Shown: positions 39,906-49,479 of the stretch, in pieces
Numbering within the stretch: position 1 is the first letter of the stretch
Layout of the letters: each line of letters begins with the position of its first letter
NCBI GenBank assembly: GCA_965140415.1
Contig: OZ223209.1
Location: forward strand, 2,432,001 to 2,496,000
Source: Myxococcota bacterium
GTDB taxonomy: Bacteria > Myxococcota_A > SURF-8
Length of the DNA: 64,000 bases
Reading direction: 5' to 3'
Position numbers and translations under genes: made by a program
Notes under the pieces: generated by a model
Database searches by the model: none
What the model was told of the DNA's origin: nothing
What the model saw: only the letters and a program-made list of their open reading frames with translations

Positions 39906-40910
39906 TTAGTAGCTCAGCAGTACGTTCAATCCCACAGCCGGGGCTTCTGTCGTACCCAACATGCCGGGAGCGACATTCGTATCGACGGCGGAAACCTTTT
40001 CAACGCCTTGCTCGGTGCGCCGGTAATTGGGACCGCTGATGGCGGCATCCAGCACGTTGATCAGCCAAACGCCTACGGCTGCACCGATCATGATGTCTCT
40101 TGCGAGCCACAAGTCGTTACGCTTGTCTTGCAGTTCCTGGCGCTTGTTCGGGTTCTTCTGGAAGTCCTCCAGCGTCAAGTTTTCGTAGTCGTCCTGTACG
40201 GCGGCTCCTGTGAAGTGCAGTGCCAATACAGCCGCTACCGAAGCGATTTCTGCCGAAATGAAGACACCGGCTTTGATCGGTTCTTCGTTGTATAGCTGCC
40301 CCCAGCCGGGAGCGATCATGGAACGATAAGCCGCCCCCCAACTGCTTTTCAAAACAACCGCCTCGCTGCCGATGGCGATCAGGTGCGAGGAATGTACCTC
40401 GACCTGTTGAGCGCTTAGCGCAGTTCCGTTTTCACGGGATACGGCGCGCACGTTGATGAGGTAACGGTCGCCGACTTCGCTGACCGATCCCAGAATCAGG
40501 ATGTCCGCTCCGACCAGACCCGCAACTTCCGCCGCTTTTTCGTCGTCGATCAGCCCCAGTTGAGCCATTTCGGCTTCCTTCAGGATATCTGCCAGTCGTT
40601 CGCGTTCAACTAGGACATAGCCCTTGTTGGCGAGCTTCGTATGCAGTTCTCCTTGAACGGCAGCGCCCAACTCCTTTTGCCTGGCCTGCTCGCCATTTTC
40701 CGCCAACTTCATTACGGCCAGTGTGGCGTCGGATTTGCCCATGTTCTGCAAATCGAGATCCAGTTGATCGACCAGTAGATCCAATGAAGAAGTGACTTTT
40801 CCCTTGTCCTGGTCTGCTGGCGGCTCTTTAGCTTGTGCTTCGGCGGCGAAGGCAATTCTACAAAGAGATAGGCACAACAAAACCCCTACGAGTAAAGCTG
40901 TTCGTTTCAC
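39906..40910 (-). CDS. Secreted CsgG/FlgO-like domain protein with DUF5683-like C-terminal region
   Basis: Signal peptide ending AFA; YVLVERERLADILKE..GLID..AGLVGADILILGSV; AYRSMIAPGWGQLYN; WLINVLDA; terminal amphipathic strand ending in Tyr. Confidence 0.72.
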   Translation of the reverse strand: MKRTALLVGVLLCLSLCRIAFAAEAQAKEPPADQDKGKVTSSLDLLVDQLDLDLQNMGKSDATLAVMKLAENGEQARQKELGAAVQGELHTKLANKGYVLVERERLADILKEAEMAQLGLIDDEKAAEVAGLVGADILILGSVSEVGDRYLINVRAVSRENGTALSAQQVEVHSSHLIAIGSEAVVLKSSWGAAYRSMIAPGWGQLYNEEPIKAGVFISAEIASVAAVLALHFTGAAVQDDYENLTLEDFQKNPNKRQELQDKRNDLWLARDIMIGAAVGVWLINVLDAAISGPNYRRTEQGVEKVSAVDTNVAPGMLGTTEAPAVGLNVLLSY

Positions 40911-41162
40911 GTTTCCCTCTCAAGGTAAATGATGTTGCTGTCCACTTAGTCCATACAGGACTACTGACTGGACATTCAGTAAATTATTCACATTTTTTTG
41001 AAGTCGACTGCCCTTCGGTAGAAATAGAATAACATTATAGTCGGTAGGGTCAAGTGGAACCTATCTTGTAGAGGAAAAAGTATGTGAGTTTTATTGGAAG
41101 TTTTCTAAAGATAAAACAAGGACAGGGAATTTGGAAAAAATAGAGGTGTTTCTCTCTGAAAA

Positions 41163-41690
41163 TCAGAGAAAATCGGGAATGTCCAGCATGGAGCAGCGTA
41201 AATTCGCATCAATTCCGACGGTTTGCGTAAACAGCCCATTGATCTGGTACAGCAGTTTGGAAAGGAGTGCTTGTCGAATGCTTTCGGATAGATCGATGCC
41301 TTCTAGAGAAGGGTAATTCAACTCGCAACTTCGCTCGACCTGTTGTTCTTGAGGTGAATCGGAGATATCCAACAGCAAGCCATGCGTTCGGCATAGCAGC
41401 GGCCTGGCTTCGTAAAGCAGGCAGCAGCCATTAACAAGCAAAGGGCAGGGCGAATCGGCCTGGCCTTGTTTGTATTCTCGTAAATGTCCAAGAATATCAG
41501 CTTGTTCGGAGTCTTCTCTTTGTTTTAGTGAGTGGGCAGCATAAGCCACTTCAACCGGATAGAAGCTTAAGTTAAATTGGCAACAGGCATCGCAACCGGC
41601 TTTGCAGACCAGATGGTCGGAATGCTTCGCTTCCAGTTGTGCCACGGTTTGATCGACTTTGGAAATGACTTGTAGATATTGATCGAACAT
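41163..41690 (-). CDS. YkgJ-family CxxCxxCC cysteine-cluster protein
   Basis: CKAGCDACC, CPLL..CLLYEARPLLCRTHG. Confidence 0.85.
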   Translation of the reverse strand: MFDQYLQVISKVDQTVAQLEAKHSDHLVCKAGCDACCQFNLSFYPVEVAYAAHSLKQREDSEQADILGHLREYKQGQADSPCPLLVNGCCLLYEARPLLCRTHGLLLDISDSPQEQQVERSCELNYPSLEGIDLSESIRQALLSKLLYQINGLFTQTVGIDANLRCSMLDIPDFL

Positions 41691-41725
41691 GGCATTCTTT
41701 CAACTGGCTGATAACACAAGCAAAT

Positions 41726-42661
41726 CTATTGTTCCTGAGCGCTTTGTCCCATTCCGGCAGGCAGTGTGCCGTTTTTTTGCATGATCGAAAAGAAGTTCAC
41801 GAAAGTCGCGGAGTCCCAGTTTCTTGAACCGATGAAACGTGCAACGATTTTTCCCTGTTTGTCGATCACCCAGGTCTCGGGAAATTTGATTGTGCCATAT
41901 TCTGTCGCCACTTTTTTGTCTTTATCGAGCAGGATATTCAAGCCCACATTGGGAAGCGCCTTCTGAATGTCCTCGAAAGAACTATCCACGCTGACCGCCA
42001 GAACCGATAAGCCCATGGTTTCCGCTCGCTTGGTCAGCCTTTCCAGGCTCGGGACTTCCTCCAGGCAGGGTTTGCACCAGGTCGCCCAGAAGTTCAGCAG
42101 GATGATTTTTCCAAGGTGATCGGATAGTTTGACCGGATTGCCGTCTTTGTCTGGCAGCGTGAAGTCTTTGAAATCCTTGGCTTGTTTGGGGTCGTAGAAT
42201 TCATGGGCGCTGGGAGAGGCTGTTGGTTCGGCAGAACCTCCTTCGGGGGCTGCCTGTTGAAGGGAACTTCCTCCCATCATGCCTTTCATGCCTTGTTGTT
42301 GCATTACCGGCGGATGGTCTGCCGGCAGTGCAGAGCCTTCTGCTACTTTGAAAAACAATTCATTGCTGGTTTGATCTCCCACAATAACGGAGACCAATCC
42401 CGAGCGGGCGTCTGCGGGCACCCGGACGGAAAGTCCACCGGGGAAGGTGGCTTCAGCAGCGACGCTTCGTTCATTGAAAAAGACCATCGTTCGCTGCGGG
42501 TCTCCATCCAGTCCATTTCCGGTTAGTTGAATGAGTTCTCCTGCTCGGGCACTATTGGGTGTAATGGAATCGAGGCTTAATCCGCTATCGAAAAGCCCAA
42601 GCTTCAGAGCGATGATGACGCCAATCAGAAGAACCACTAAAATTGCAAAACCTTGTTTCAT
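41726..42661 (-). CDS. Membrane-anchored IPT/TIG plus TlpA/ResA-like thiol-disulfide oxidoreductase
   Basis: N-terminal TM; SITPNSARAGELIQLTGNG (IPT); NFWATWCKPCLEEVP; KFPETWVID. Confidence 0.85.
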   Translation of the reverse strand: MKQGFAILVVLLIGVIIALKLGLFDSGLSLDSITPNSARAGELIQLTGNGLDGDPQRTMVFFNERSVAAEATFPGGLSVRVPADARSGLVSVIVGDQTSNELFFKVAEGSALPADHPPVMQQQGMKGMMGGSSLQQAAPEGGSAEPTASPSAHEFYDPKQAKDFKDFTLPDKDGNPVKLSDHLGKIILLNFWATWCKPCLEEVPSLERLTKRAETMGLSVLAVSVDSSFEDIQKALPNVGLNILLDKDKKVATEYGTIKFPETWVIDKQGKIVARFIGSRNWDSATFVNFFSIMQKNGTLPAGMGQSAQEQ

Positions 42662-42990
42662 ATTGACTCGCTTTACACAAATTGAGAGTAGGAAACATTC
42701 CATAACCGGATATGAACTCTTCCACGATTCATTCCCTATTTATCATTATCTCCGTGATATGGCCATGCTTTTTCTTGTTGCCAATATGGGGAAAGCGACT
42801 GTTACAAACTTGCATATTAAGGGTACTCTGCTTAAAAAGATTGAATCCCCATTCAATCCATGCTAGGTATTTCATAATCTGACGTTTGCCAGAACCCATA
42901 CAAGAAGTGATAAGCGGAAGACTTGTGAGAGACGGTTTGTGTATCGTGGTTTGATACTTGAAGTAACCACTGCAAGTGGAAGGAGGAACG

Positions 42991-43824
42991 ATGCCACTGG
43001 AAGCTGCGGAGCGCCAGGAACTGAAAAATAAGGCGCGCAAGATCAGAGAAGAAATCGTACTGGTTACCGAGTCCTGCGGAGGTAGTCACCTGGGAACGGC
43101 GTTAAGTCAAACGGAGGTATTGACACTACTGTATTTCAAGATGATGAAGATCGATCCCAAGAATCCGCAAATGGAGGATCGGGATCGTTTCGTGTTGAGT
43201 AAAGGCCATGGTGGCGTCGGTCATGCCGTCGTACTGGCCGAGGCAGGATATTTTCCGCGTGCGGATCTGGATGATTTCAATAAAACCGGCTCTCGCTTTG
43301 GCATGCATCTGGACGGCAACAAAGTGGAAGGCGTGGATGCTTCTACCGGCTCTCTGGGGCATGGTCTCGGTATTGCCGTTGGCATGGCGATGGGCGCTCG
43401 TTTAAAAGGTGCGGACTGGTGGACGTATTGCATGATCGGAGACGGTGAAAGCAATGAAGGGTCCATTTGGGAAGCCGCCATGAGCGCCGCTCATCACAAA
43501 GTAACCAACATGACCTTGTTTTTGGATCGTAACAAATTGATGATCGACGGCCCTACCGAAGAAGTGATGGGCCTGGAACCGTTAGCCAAGAAATGGGAAG
43601 CCTTCGGCTGGAATGTTATCGAAGTCGATGGTCATGATTTCGACCAGATTTACGACGGGATTGAGGCGTCCAAGAAGGAAAAGGAAAAACCGACCGTGTT
43701 GATTTGCAACACAATCAAGGGCAAGGGTGTGGACTTTATGGAAGATAAGGTCCAGTGGCACTATGCCGGTCTGGATTCCGCTATGACACAGCAGGCGCTC
43801 GAAGCGATCCGCCGCAATAATTAA
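42991..43824 (+). CDS. Split transketolase, N-terminal (ThDP-binding) subunit
   Basis: DRDRFVLSKGH, STGSLGHG, GDGESNEGSIWEA, DGHD, TIKGKG. AGGAGG RBS. Confidence 0.93.
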   Translation: MPLEAAERQELKNKARKIREEIVLVTESCGGSHLGTALSQTEVLTLLYFKMMKIDPKNPQMEDRDRFVLSKGHGGVGHAVVLAEAGYFPRADLDDFNKTGSRFGMHLDGNKVEGVDASTGSLGHGLGIAVGMAMGARLKGADWWTYCMIGDGESNEGSIWEAAMSAAHHKVTNMTLFLDRNKLMIDGPTEEVMGLEPLAKKWEAFGWNVIEVDGHDFDQIYDGIEASKKEKEKPTVLICNTIKGKGVDFMEDKVQWHYAGLDSAMTQQALEAIRRNN

Positions 43825-43848
43825 CCGTCGTGAAAGGATAGGTGAAGC

Positions 43849-44859
43849 ATGACGACGAAAGGCTTAACGTGGACAATCGACGACGCCGACAACATGACTC
43901 AGGCCGAAATTTACGGCCAGGTCTTGACGCAACTCGGCGGGCAGGATGACAGCATTGTCGCATTGACCGCCGATCTGGCCAACTCGACCAAGATCGGTGC
44001 GTTTCAAAAGAAATATCCGGAGCGTTTTTTCAATGTCGGTATTGCGGAATGCAACATGTTTGCCATTGCCAGCGGTATGGCGGCGGCGGGTTTCACTCCG
44101 GTCGTTTCGACATTTGCCGTATTTACGGCATTACGCGCAGCCGAATTCGTAAGAACGGACATCTGCTACAACAAGCGCAACGTAAAAATCATCGCCACTC
44201 ATTCCGGCACCAGTTTCGGTCAGGCCGGAACGACCCATCACTGCACGGAAGATCTGGCGGTCATGCGCTCATTCGCAGGAATGACCGTAATGGCTCCGGC
44301 GGATGCGCTGGAAACCGCCAAGGCCGTTACGGCGGCAATGGAACACGATGGTCCGGTCTACATTCGTATTGGCCGCTCTTTCGAGCCGCCGCTGCATAAA
44401 GACCTGGATTTCGAGTTTGAAATCGGGAAAGCCATCGAATTGCATGAAGGTACCGATGTAACCGTCATCGCGACGGGCCGCACGGTGCTTGGCGCTTTGG
44501 AAGCTGCTGAAATCGCGAAGCAAAACGGTATTTCGATGCGCGTATTGGATATGCATACGCTTAAACCGCTGGATGAAGAAGCCGTGTTGCGTGCCATCAC
44601 GGAAACCCGCCGCATCATTACGGTGGAAGATCACAGCGTAATCGGTGGATTGGGCAGTGCAGTAGCGGAAGTCATCGGTAAATACGGAAAAGCCTGCGTA
44701 CTGCGCAAGCAGGGATTGCAGGATGAATTCGCTGCGGTCGGGTATCCGGAAGACTTGCTTAATGTCTATAAACTGGACGCCGATGGTATCCTGGAATCGT
44801 TGCAGGAAATCATGAAGGCCGAAATTGACGAAGACGACGATTGGGAAGACGAGTATTAA
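43849..44859 (+). CDS. Split transketolase, C-terminal (pyrimidine-binding) subunit
   Basis: ADLANST, FFNVGIAECNM, GTTHHCTED, GPVYIRIGR, TLKPLD, EDHSVIGGLGSAVAE. Confidence 0.93.
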   Translation: MTTKGLTWTIDDADNMTQAEIYGQVLTQLGGQDDSIVALTADLANSTKIGAFQKKYPERFFNVGIAECNMFAIASGMAAAGFTPVVSTFAVFTALRAAEFVRTDICYNKRNVKIIATHSGTSFGQAGTTHHCTEDLAVMRSFAGMTVMAPADALETAKAVTAAMEHDGPVYIRIGRSFEPPLHKDLDFEFEIGKAIELHEGTDVTVIATGRTVLGALEAAEIAKQNGISMRVLDMHTLKPLDEEAVLRAITETRRIITVEDHSVIGGLGSAVAEVIGKYGKACVLRKQGLQDEFAAVGYPEDLLNVYKLDADGILESLQEIMKAEIDEDDDWEDEY

Positions 44860-44862
44860 GCC

Positions 44863-45633
44863 ATGGTGGATAAAGACACACTGGTATCGCGGATCTTTTT
44901 GCGCTCGGCCCTACCGTTGGTCAAGGTTGTGGCCGAGGAAAAACCTCTTTTCAAGAAGCTGTTTCCGAAAAACGGCATCATGCAGTTTTCCGCCAAGGGG
45001 ACGGATGTCGGGGCCTATATCATCTACCGCGACAAAGAAGTGGATGTCGTCCCGGAGCTTCATCCGAATCCCGATTTGGAACTGCAATTCAAGTCGCTGG
45101 TCGATCTGATCAAATTCTTTGCGGGTAAAACCGTATTACCCAAGATTATCGGATATCGGCACATCGACTTGTTACTGCGTTCGTTACCGCTGCTGCTTTC
45201 GTTACAGATTTTGCTGCCGACCAACATTCCCAGCGATCCGGATAAGCGGGCGTTGAAGGTCAAGTTGTTACTGTACATGGTCACCAATGCCTTGTCGCAG
45301 TTGAACAAAGCGGGTGACGAATACATGACCAAACTTACCAAGAACAGCCCGGATCGGATTATCCAGTGGAAAGTGGAGGGCGGTGGCCCGGCGGCTTATC
45401 TGCGCATCAAGAACGGCAAGTCCAAAGCGGGACGTGGCGTGTATACCCGTCGTCGTCCGTTCCTGTTGATGGCTTTTCCGGACATCGAAGGGGCCTTCAA
45501 GGTGCTGACCAGTGAAGTCGCCCTGGTGCAGGCGGTCACGGACGGCTACATCAAAACCGAAGGTTCCATGGAGCATTCCAAGGAAATCGGTTATCAGATG
45601 CAGAGAATTGAGGAATTGACCTCATCCTATTAG
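44863..45633 (+). CDS. Hypothetical protein with two SCP2-like repeats
   Basis: GAYIIYRDKEVDV..PDLELQFKS..FFAG and GPAAYLRIKNG..AFKVLTSEVALVQAVTDGYIKTEGSME. Starts 3 bp after the transketolase stop. Confidence 0.55.
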   Translation: MVDKDTLVSRIFLRSALPLVKVVAEEKPLFKKLFPKNGIMQFSAKGTDVGAYIIYRDKEVDVVPELHPNPDLELQFKSLVDLIKFFAGKTVLPKIIGYRHIDLLLRSLPLLLSLQILLPTNIPSDPDKRALKVKLLLYMVTNALSQLNKAGDEYMTKLTKNSPDRIIQWKVEGGGPAAYLRIKNGKSKAGRGVYTRRRPFLLMAFPDIEGAFKVLTSEVALVQAVTDGYIKTEGSMEHSKEIGYQMQRIEELTSSY

Positions 45634-45664
45634 CCTCTACTCTGCAACGGGAATCTTACTAACT

Positions 45665-45706
45665 CCCGGCGACAATGGTGAATCCTTGCCGTTGTCGCCG
45701 GGTTTT
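45665..45706 (+). terminator. Probable terminator closing the transketolase-SCP2 operon
   Basis: CCCGGCGACAATGG..CCGTTGTCGCCGGG-TTTT. Confidence 0.7.
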
Positions 45707-45749
45707 GATTTTGTTCGCCGACGATTTGCTACGATTTTGGAGGATTGGC

Positions 45750-46595
45750 ATGAAAGCGGATTCGTTCGATAAGTTTCAAGGCACCGAAACCTACATCGCT
45801 TCGCGGGAACTGCGGGATTCCGTAAATGTTTCCATCGCATTGCAGCGCCCGTTATTGATCAAAGGCGAGCCTGGAACCGGAAAAACCCTGTTGGCCACGA
45901 ATATCGCAAAAGGCTTGGGAATGCCGTTTTTCAAATGGATGGTCAAGTCGACATCCAAGGCGACGGACGGATTGTATGTGTATGACACGGTTCAGCGTTT
46001 GAATGACAGTCGTTTCGGAGACAAAGACGTCGGAGACATCAAGCAGTATATCCGTTATGGTTCGTTAGGTCGTGCTTTCCTTTCCGAAGAGCGGGCGGTC
46101 GTGCTGATCGATGAGATCGACAAGGCGGATCTGGAATTTCCAAACGATCTGCTCTCCGAGCTGGATGAAATGGCTTTCGATGTCGTTGAAACCGCTGAGC
46201 GCATCGAAGCCAAGCATCGCCCGGTGGTGATTATCACAAGCAACTCTGAAAAAGAACTGCCGGATCCCTTTTTGCGGCGCTGTGTGTTCCATTTTATCGA
46301 TTTTCCCGATGAAAAGCTGATGGAACAGATCGTCCGGGTTCATCATCCGGATTTGAAGAAGTCCTTGATCAGTCAATGCATCGCCAAATTCTATACCTTG
46401 CGTCAGATCGATACTTTTAGGAAAAAACCCTCTACTTCCGAACTGATCGATTGGATTGGGGTCTTGGTGAAAGCGGGTATTTCCGAAAAAGAATTACGCA
46501 ATGAAATTCCTTTCTTGGGAACTCTGCTTAAAAACGAACAGGATCTCGGAACCTATCAGAGCCACAAAAACGGGCCGCCCCAACGACGCTGGTGA
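45750..46595 (+). CDS. MoxR-family AAA+ ATPase (CoxD-like)
   Basis: GEPGTGKT, LIDEIDKAD..FPNDLL, ITSNSEKELPDPFLRRC, KKPSTSELIDW. Confidence 0.93.
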   Translation: MKADSFDKFQGTETYIASRELRDSVNVSIALQRPLLIKGEPGTGKTLLATNIAKGLGMPFFKWMVKSTSKATDGLYVYDTVQRLNDSRFGDKDVGDIKQYIRYGSLGRAFLSEERAVVLIDEIDKADLEFPNDLLSELDEMAFDVVETAERIEAKHRPVVIITSNSEKELPDPFLRRCVFHFIDFPDEKLMEQIVRVHHPDLKKSLISQCIAKFYTLRQIDTFRKKPSTSELIDWIGVLVKAGISEKELRNEIPFLGTLLKNEQDLGTYQSHKNGPPQRRW

Positions 46596-46609
46596 CAGGA
46601 GCTGGTACC

Positions 46610-47773
46610 GTGCTGACTCGATTTTTTTTCAAGCTGAGAGAGTACAAAGTCCCGGTGACCGTCACCGAATGGCTGACTTTTATGGAAGCGTTAAGCCAGG
46701 GATTGGCCTATTCCGATGTCAATAGCTTCTATAGTCTCGCACGCTCCTTGCTGGTCAAGGATGTGGCCTATTACGACGCGTTCGACCAGGTCTTTTTGTA
46801 TTTCTTTAAAGACGCCGACATTTCGCTGCAATTAAAAGACGATATCCTGGATTGGCTTTCCGATCCGCTGCCTTTGCCGCAGCTAAGCGAAGAGGAACGC
46901 AAGTTGTTGGAAAGCATGGATTTCGACTCTTTGCGCGATCTGTTCGAACAACGGCTAAAAGAGCAGGACGAGCGTCACGACGGCGGCAATCGCTGGATCG
47001 GCACCGGCGGCACCTCGCCTTTCGGTCATGGCGGCGTGAATCCCGCCGGCGTTCGCGTCGGCGGTGAGGGCGGCAATCACATGGCGGTGCAGGTGGCGCA
47101 CGATCGCCGCTTCCGCAACTATCGCCAGGACCAGATTCTGGATGTTCGCCAGATGAAAGTAGCGTTGAAAAAGCTGCGCGTTCTTGAGCGGGTTGGCGCG
47201 GCGGATGAACTGGACCTGGACGGCTCCATCTCCGAGACCTGTAAAAACGGTGGCGAATTGGAGTTGCTGTTCCGACCCGAGCGCAAAAACAGAATGAAAC
47301 TGCTTCTGTTGATGGATGCCGGTGGATCGATGGACCCTTATGCACGCCTGGTCAATCGGCTATTTTCGGCGGCCAGCCAGATCAATCATTTCAAGGAATT
47401 CAAATTCTACTATTTTCATAACTGCATTTACGAATCCGTTTTCGAAGATATTTACATGGACGAGCGGGTGCCGACCGGGAAACTCTTCAACGATCTGGAT
47501 GCCAATTGGCGGGTGATCATCGTCGGGGATGCCGCCATGAGTCCTTACGAACTTTCCGCTCGGCATGGCGCGATTTACTACTATCATTACAACGAAATAC
47601 CGGGAATTGTGTGGCTCAAGCGCGTTTCGGATCATTTCCGTAAAATCGTATGGCTCAATCCGATTCCACGCCATAATTGGTGGTCGCAAAGCATTCACAC
47701 CATCATGCGGATTTTCCCCATGTATCCACTGACTGTCGGTGGTATCGACGAAGCCGTGCAGACGCTTCGCTGA
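46610..47773 (+). CDS. VWA-domain (CoxE-like) partner of the MoxR ATPase
   Basis: HDGGNRWIGTGGTSPFG, DAGGSM MIDAS motif, YFHNCIY, VGDAAM, WLNP. AGGAG RBS before GTG. Confidence 0.88.
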   Translation: MLTRFFFKLREYKVPVTVTEWLTFMEALSQGLAYSDVNSFYSLARSLLVKDVAYYDAFDQVFLYFFKDADISLQLKDDILDWLSDPLPLPQLSEEERKLLESMDFDSLRDLFEQRLKEQDERHDGGNRWIGTGGTSPFGHGGVNPAGVRVGGEGGNHMAVQVAHDRRFRNYRQDQILDVRQMKVALKKLRVLERVGAADELDLDGSISETCKNGGELELLFRPERKNRMKLLLLMDAGGSMDPYARLVNRLFSAASQINHFKEFKFYYFHNCIYESVFEDIYMDERVPTGKLFNDLDANWRVIIVGDAAMSPYELSARHGAIYYYHYNEIPGIVWLKRVSDHFRKIVWLNPIPRHNWWSQSIHTIMRIFPMYPLTVGGIDEAVQTLR

Positions 47774-47794
47774 TTGATCCTGTCGTTTTTTCTT

Positions 47795-48523
47795 TTACTG
47801 AATGGCGCTTTCAGGCGGATCTACTTTCGGAACGTCGGGTTTTCCGATGATTTCGAAATCGTAGAAGATGTTGAAACCGTAATTCAAGAAGAAGTTCTTG
47901 AGATAATCAATCGTAGACAATTCCAGGGTCAAGCCGATTCCCATACGCTGCCAGAAGTAGATGCGCGGTTCGATCTCGATGCCGTACAAGAAATTGCTTT
48001 CGTCTTTGATATTTGGGTGTTTGGCGTCATCTCGATTGTCCGCCCACATGACATTTCCGCCAATCTTGATTCCCATGTACAGATCGACGGGAAAATTGTA
48101 GTGATACTTGGCAAAATGGGCCACGTTGTACTGTGCGTGAATGGTCGGCTGAACGAACCAGAGAGGGTAGGGCTTGCCCGCTTGTTCGTGCGGATCGCGC
48201 ATGGCGCGTACATGCACCTTGAAACGCCAGCTGTCGTTGTAAATCGCACTCAGTCCGCCACCGAAATCGAAATAGGTGAAATAGCCGAGATTCCGATAAT
48301 TTGAGAACGTACCACCGAAAGATAATTCGGGAGAAAGAAAGAGAACGGGCTTCTTCTCCTCCGGTATTTTTCGAATCAAGGTTCCCGATAACGCGGTGCG
48401 TTCGTAGCATTCCTGATCCGGTGGGCATGGTTCCGTACTACTTGTCTGCTGTTGTGCATTCGCTATTACGGCAAAAAGAAGGAATGCAACGATGAGCGAC
48501 CCAGTGCGAAGCGTTTTCTCCAT
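47795..48523 (-). CDS. Secreted hypothetical protein, probable small outer-membrane beta-barrel
   Basis: Signal peptide ending ANA; alternating aromatic/Gly strands (YGIEIEPRIYF, GIGLTLEL, YGFNIFYDF). Confidence 0.55.
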   Translation of the reverse strand: MEKTLRTGSLIVAFLLFAVIANAQQQTSSTEPCPPDQECYERTALSGTLIRKIPEEKKPVLFLSPELSFGGTFSNYRNLGYFTYFDFGGGLSAIYNDSWRFKVHVRAMRDPHEQAGKPYPLWFVQPTIHAQYNVAHFAKYHYNFPVDLYMGIKIGGNVMWADNRDDAKHPNIKDESNFLYGIEIEPRIYFWQRMGIGLTLELSTIDYLKNFFLNYGFNIFYDFEIIGKPDVPKVDPPESAIQ

Positions 48524-48788
48524 GTTTTCTCCGCTTTCTTTTCCGATGCGCGTAACATTCTTCCAAAAAACGTGACTTGTTTTGATACTCGACTATGAAA
48601 ACATCAACAGTATTGCATATTCACTAGGTTTACGGCAAGACGATTCCTGTTTCTTATCCCCCATAGCTTAAAGATCGGCATTGCTGATTTAGACATTAAT
48701 GGAATTGTTCCATTTTAAGATTGCCGGTCTTTTTTTGTGACGAATTTGCAGGGATCGAGAACGTGGCGACGTGATGCTTAATAGAGTT

Positions 48789-49283
48789 TTATATCACCAA
48801 TTGCTGCGGCCAGGTTGCGACAAGAGATTTGTCCCGGCCCGCCATTTCTTTCATTTTCAGATTGGCGTTGCGTAGTCGATCGGCAAGGGTTCGGGCGATG
48901 TTTTTCAAGATCACCCGTTGGATATTGGGATAGTCTTGCCCGATCCGGTTGAAATCATCGCGATTGAAGGAGATCAATATCGATCGTTTTGTACAGCGAA
49001 CCGTGGCGGTGCGAGGAGAGCGATCGATAAAGGCCAACTCCCCGAACACGTCCCCTTCTCCCATTGTCGCAATCGTATGATTGATAAGTAGACCGGCGGA
49101 AACCTGTATGGCGATTTCTCCCTGCTTGACGATGTACATGACTTGAGAGTCATCGCCTTCTTTGAAGATGGTTTGTCCCTTGGGACATTCCCATTCTGCC
49201 GTTAACGTGGCGATCACGTCGATTTCTTCTCGGTTCAACCCCCGAAATAATCCAACTTGTCTCAGCAGGTCTGTAGGTACCAT
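48789..49283 (-). CDS. Stand-alone cyclic-nucleotide-binding domain protein
   Basis: IFKEGD, GDVFGELAF..PRTATV; no HTH. Confidence 0.9.
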   Translation of the reverse strand: MVPTDLLRQVGLFRGLNREEIDVIATLTAEWECPKGQTIFKEGDDSQVMYIVKQGEIAIQVSAGLLINHTIATMGEGDVFGELAFIDRSPRTATVRCTKRSILISFNRDDFNRIGQDYPNIQRVILKNIARTLADRLRNANLKMKEMAGRDKSLVATWPQQLVI

Positions 49284-49310
49284 AAACGATTGCCTCCATA
49301 TATTTCAGGT

Positions 49311-49339
49311 ATTGTGGTGAAGAACAATCTTATTGTCAA
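49311..49339 (-). promoter_or_regulatory. Sigma70-type promoter for the cNMP-binding gene
   Basis: TTGACA-N17-CACAAT on the minus strand. Confidence 0.5.
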
Positions 49340-49387
49340 GGTTTACCATGTGTTGATGAACTTGAAATGGAAACTGGTAGAGCAATG

Positions 49388-49416
49388 TTGACAAGTTATA
49401 AAGATGTGGTTACACT
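49388..49416 (+). promoter_or_regulatory. Sigma70-type promoter for the Cys-rich lipoprotein
   Basis: TTGACA-N17-TACACT. Confidence 0.6.
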
Positions 49417-49479
49417 GAATCAAAATAGATAATGATGAGTTGATATTGTTTCTAATTGATCGAACTGGGAGTAAAAGGC

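Noticed and set aside
48669-48737. Branched inverted repeat between the cNMP gene and the barrel-like gene
   Set aside because: No known RNA motif recognised; could simply be a terminator.
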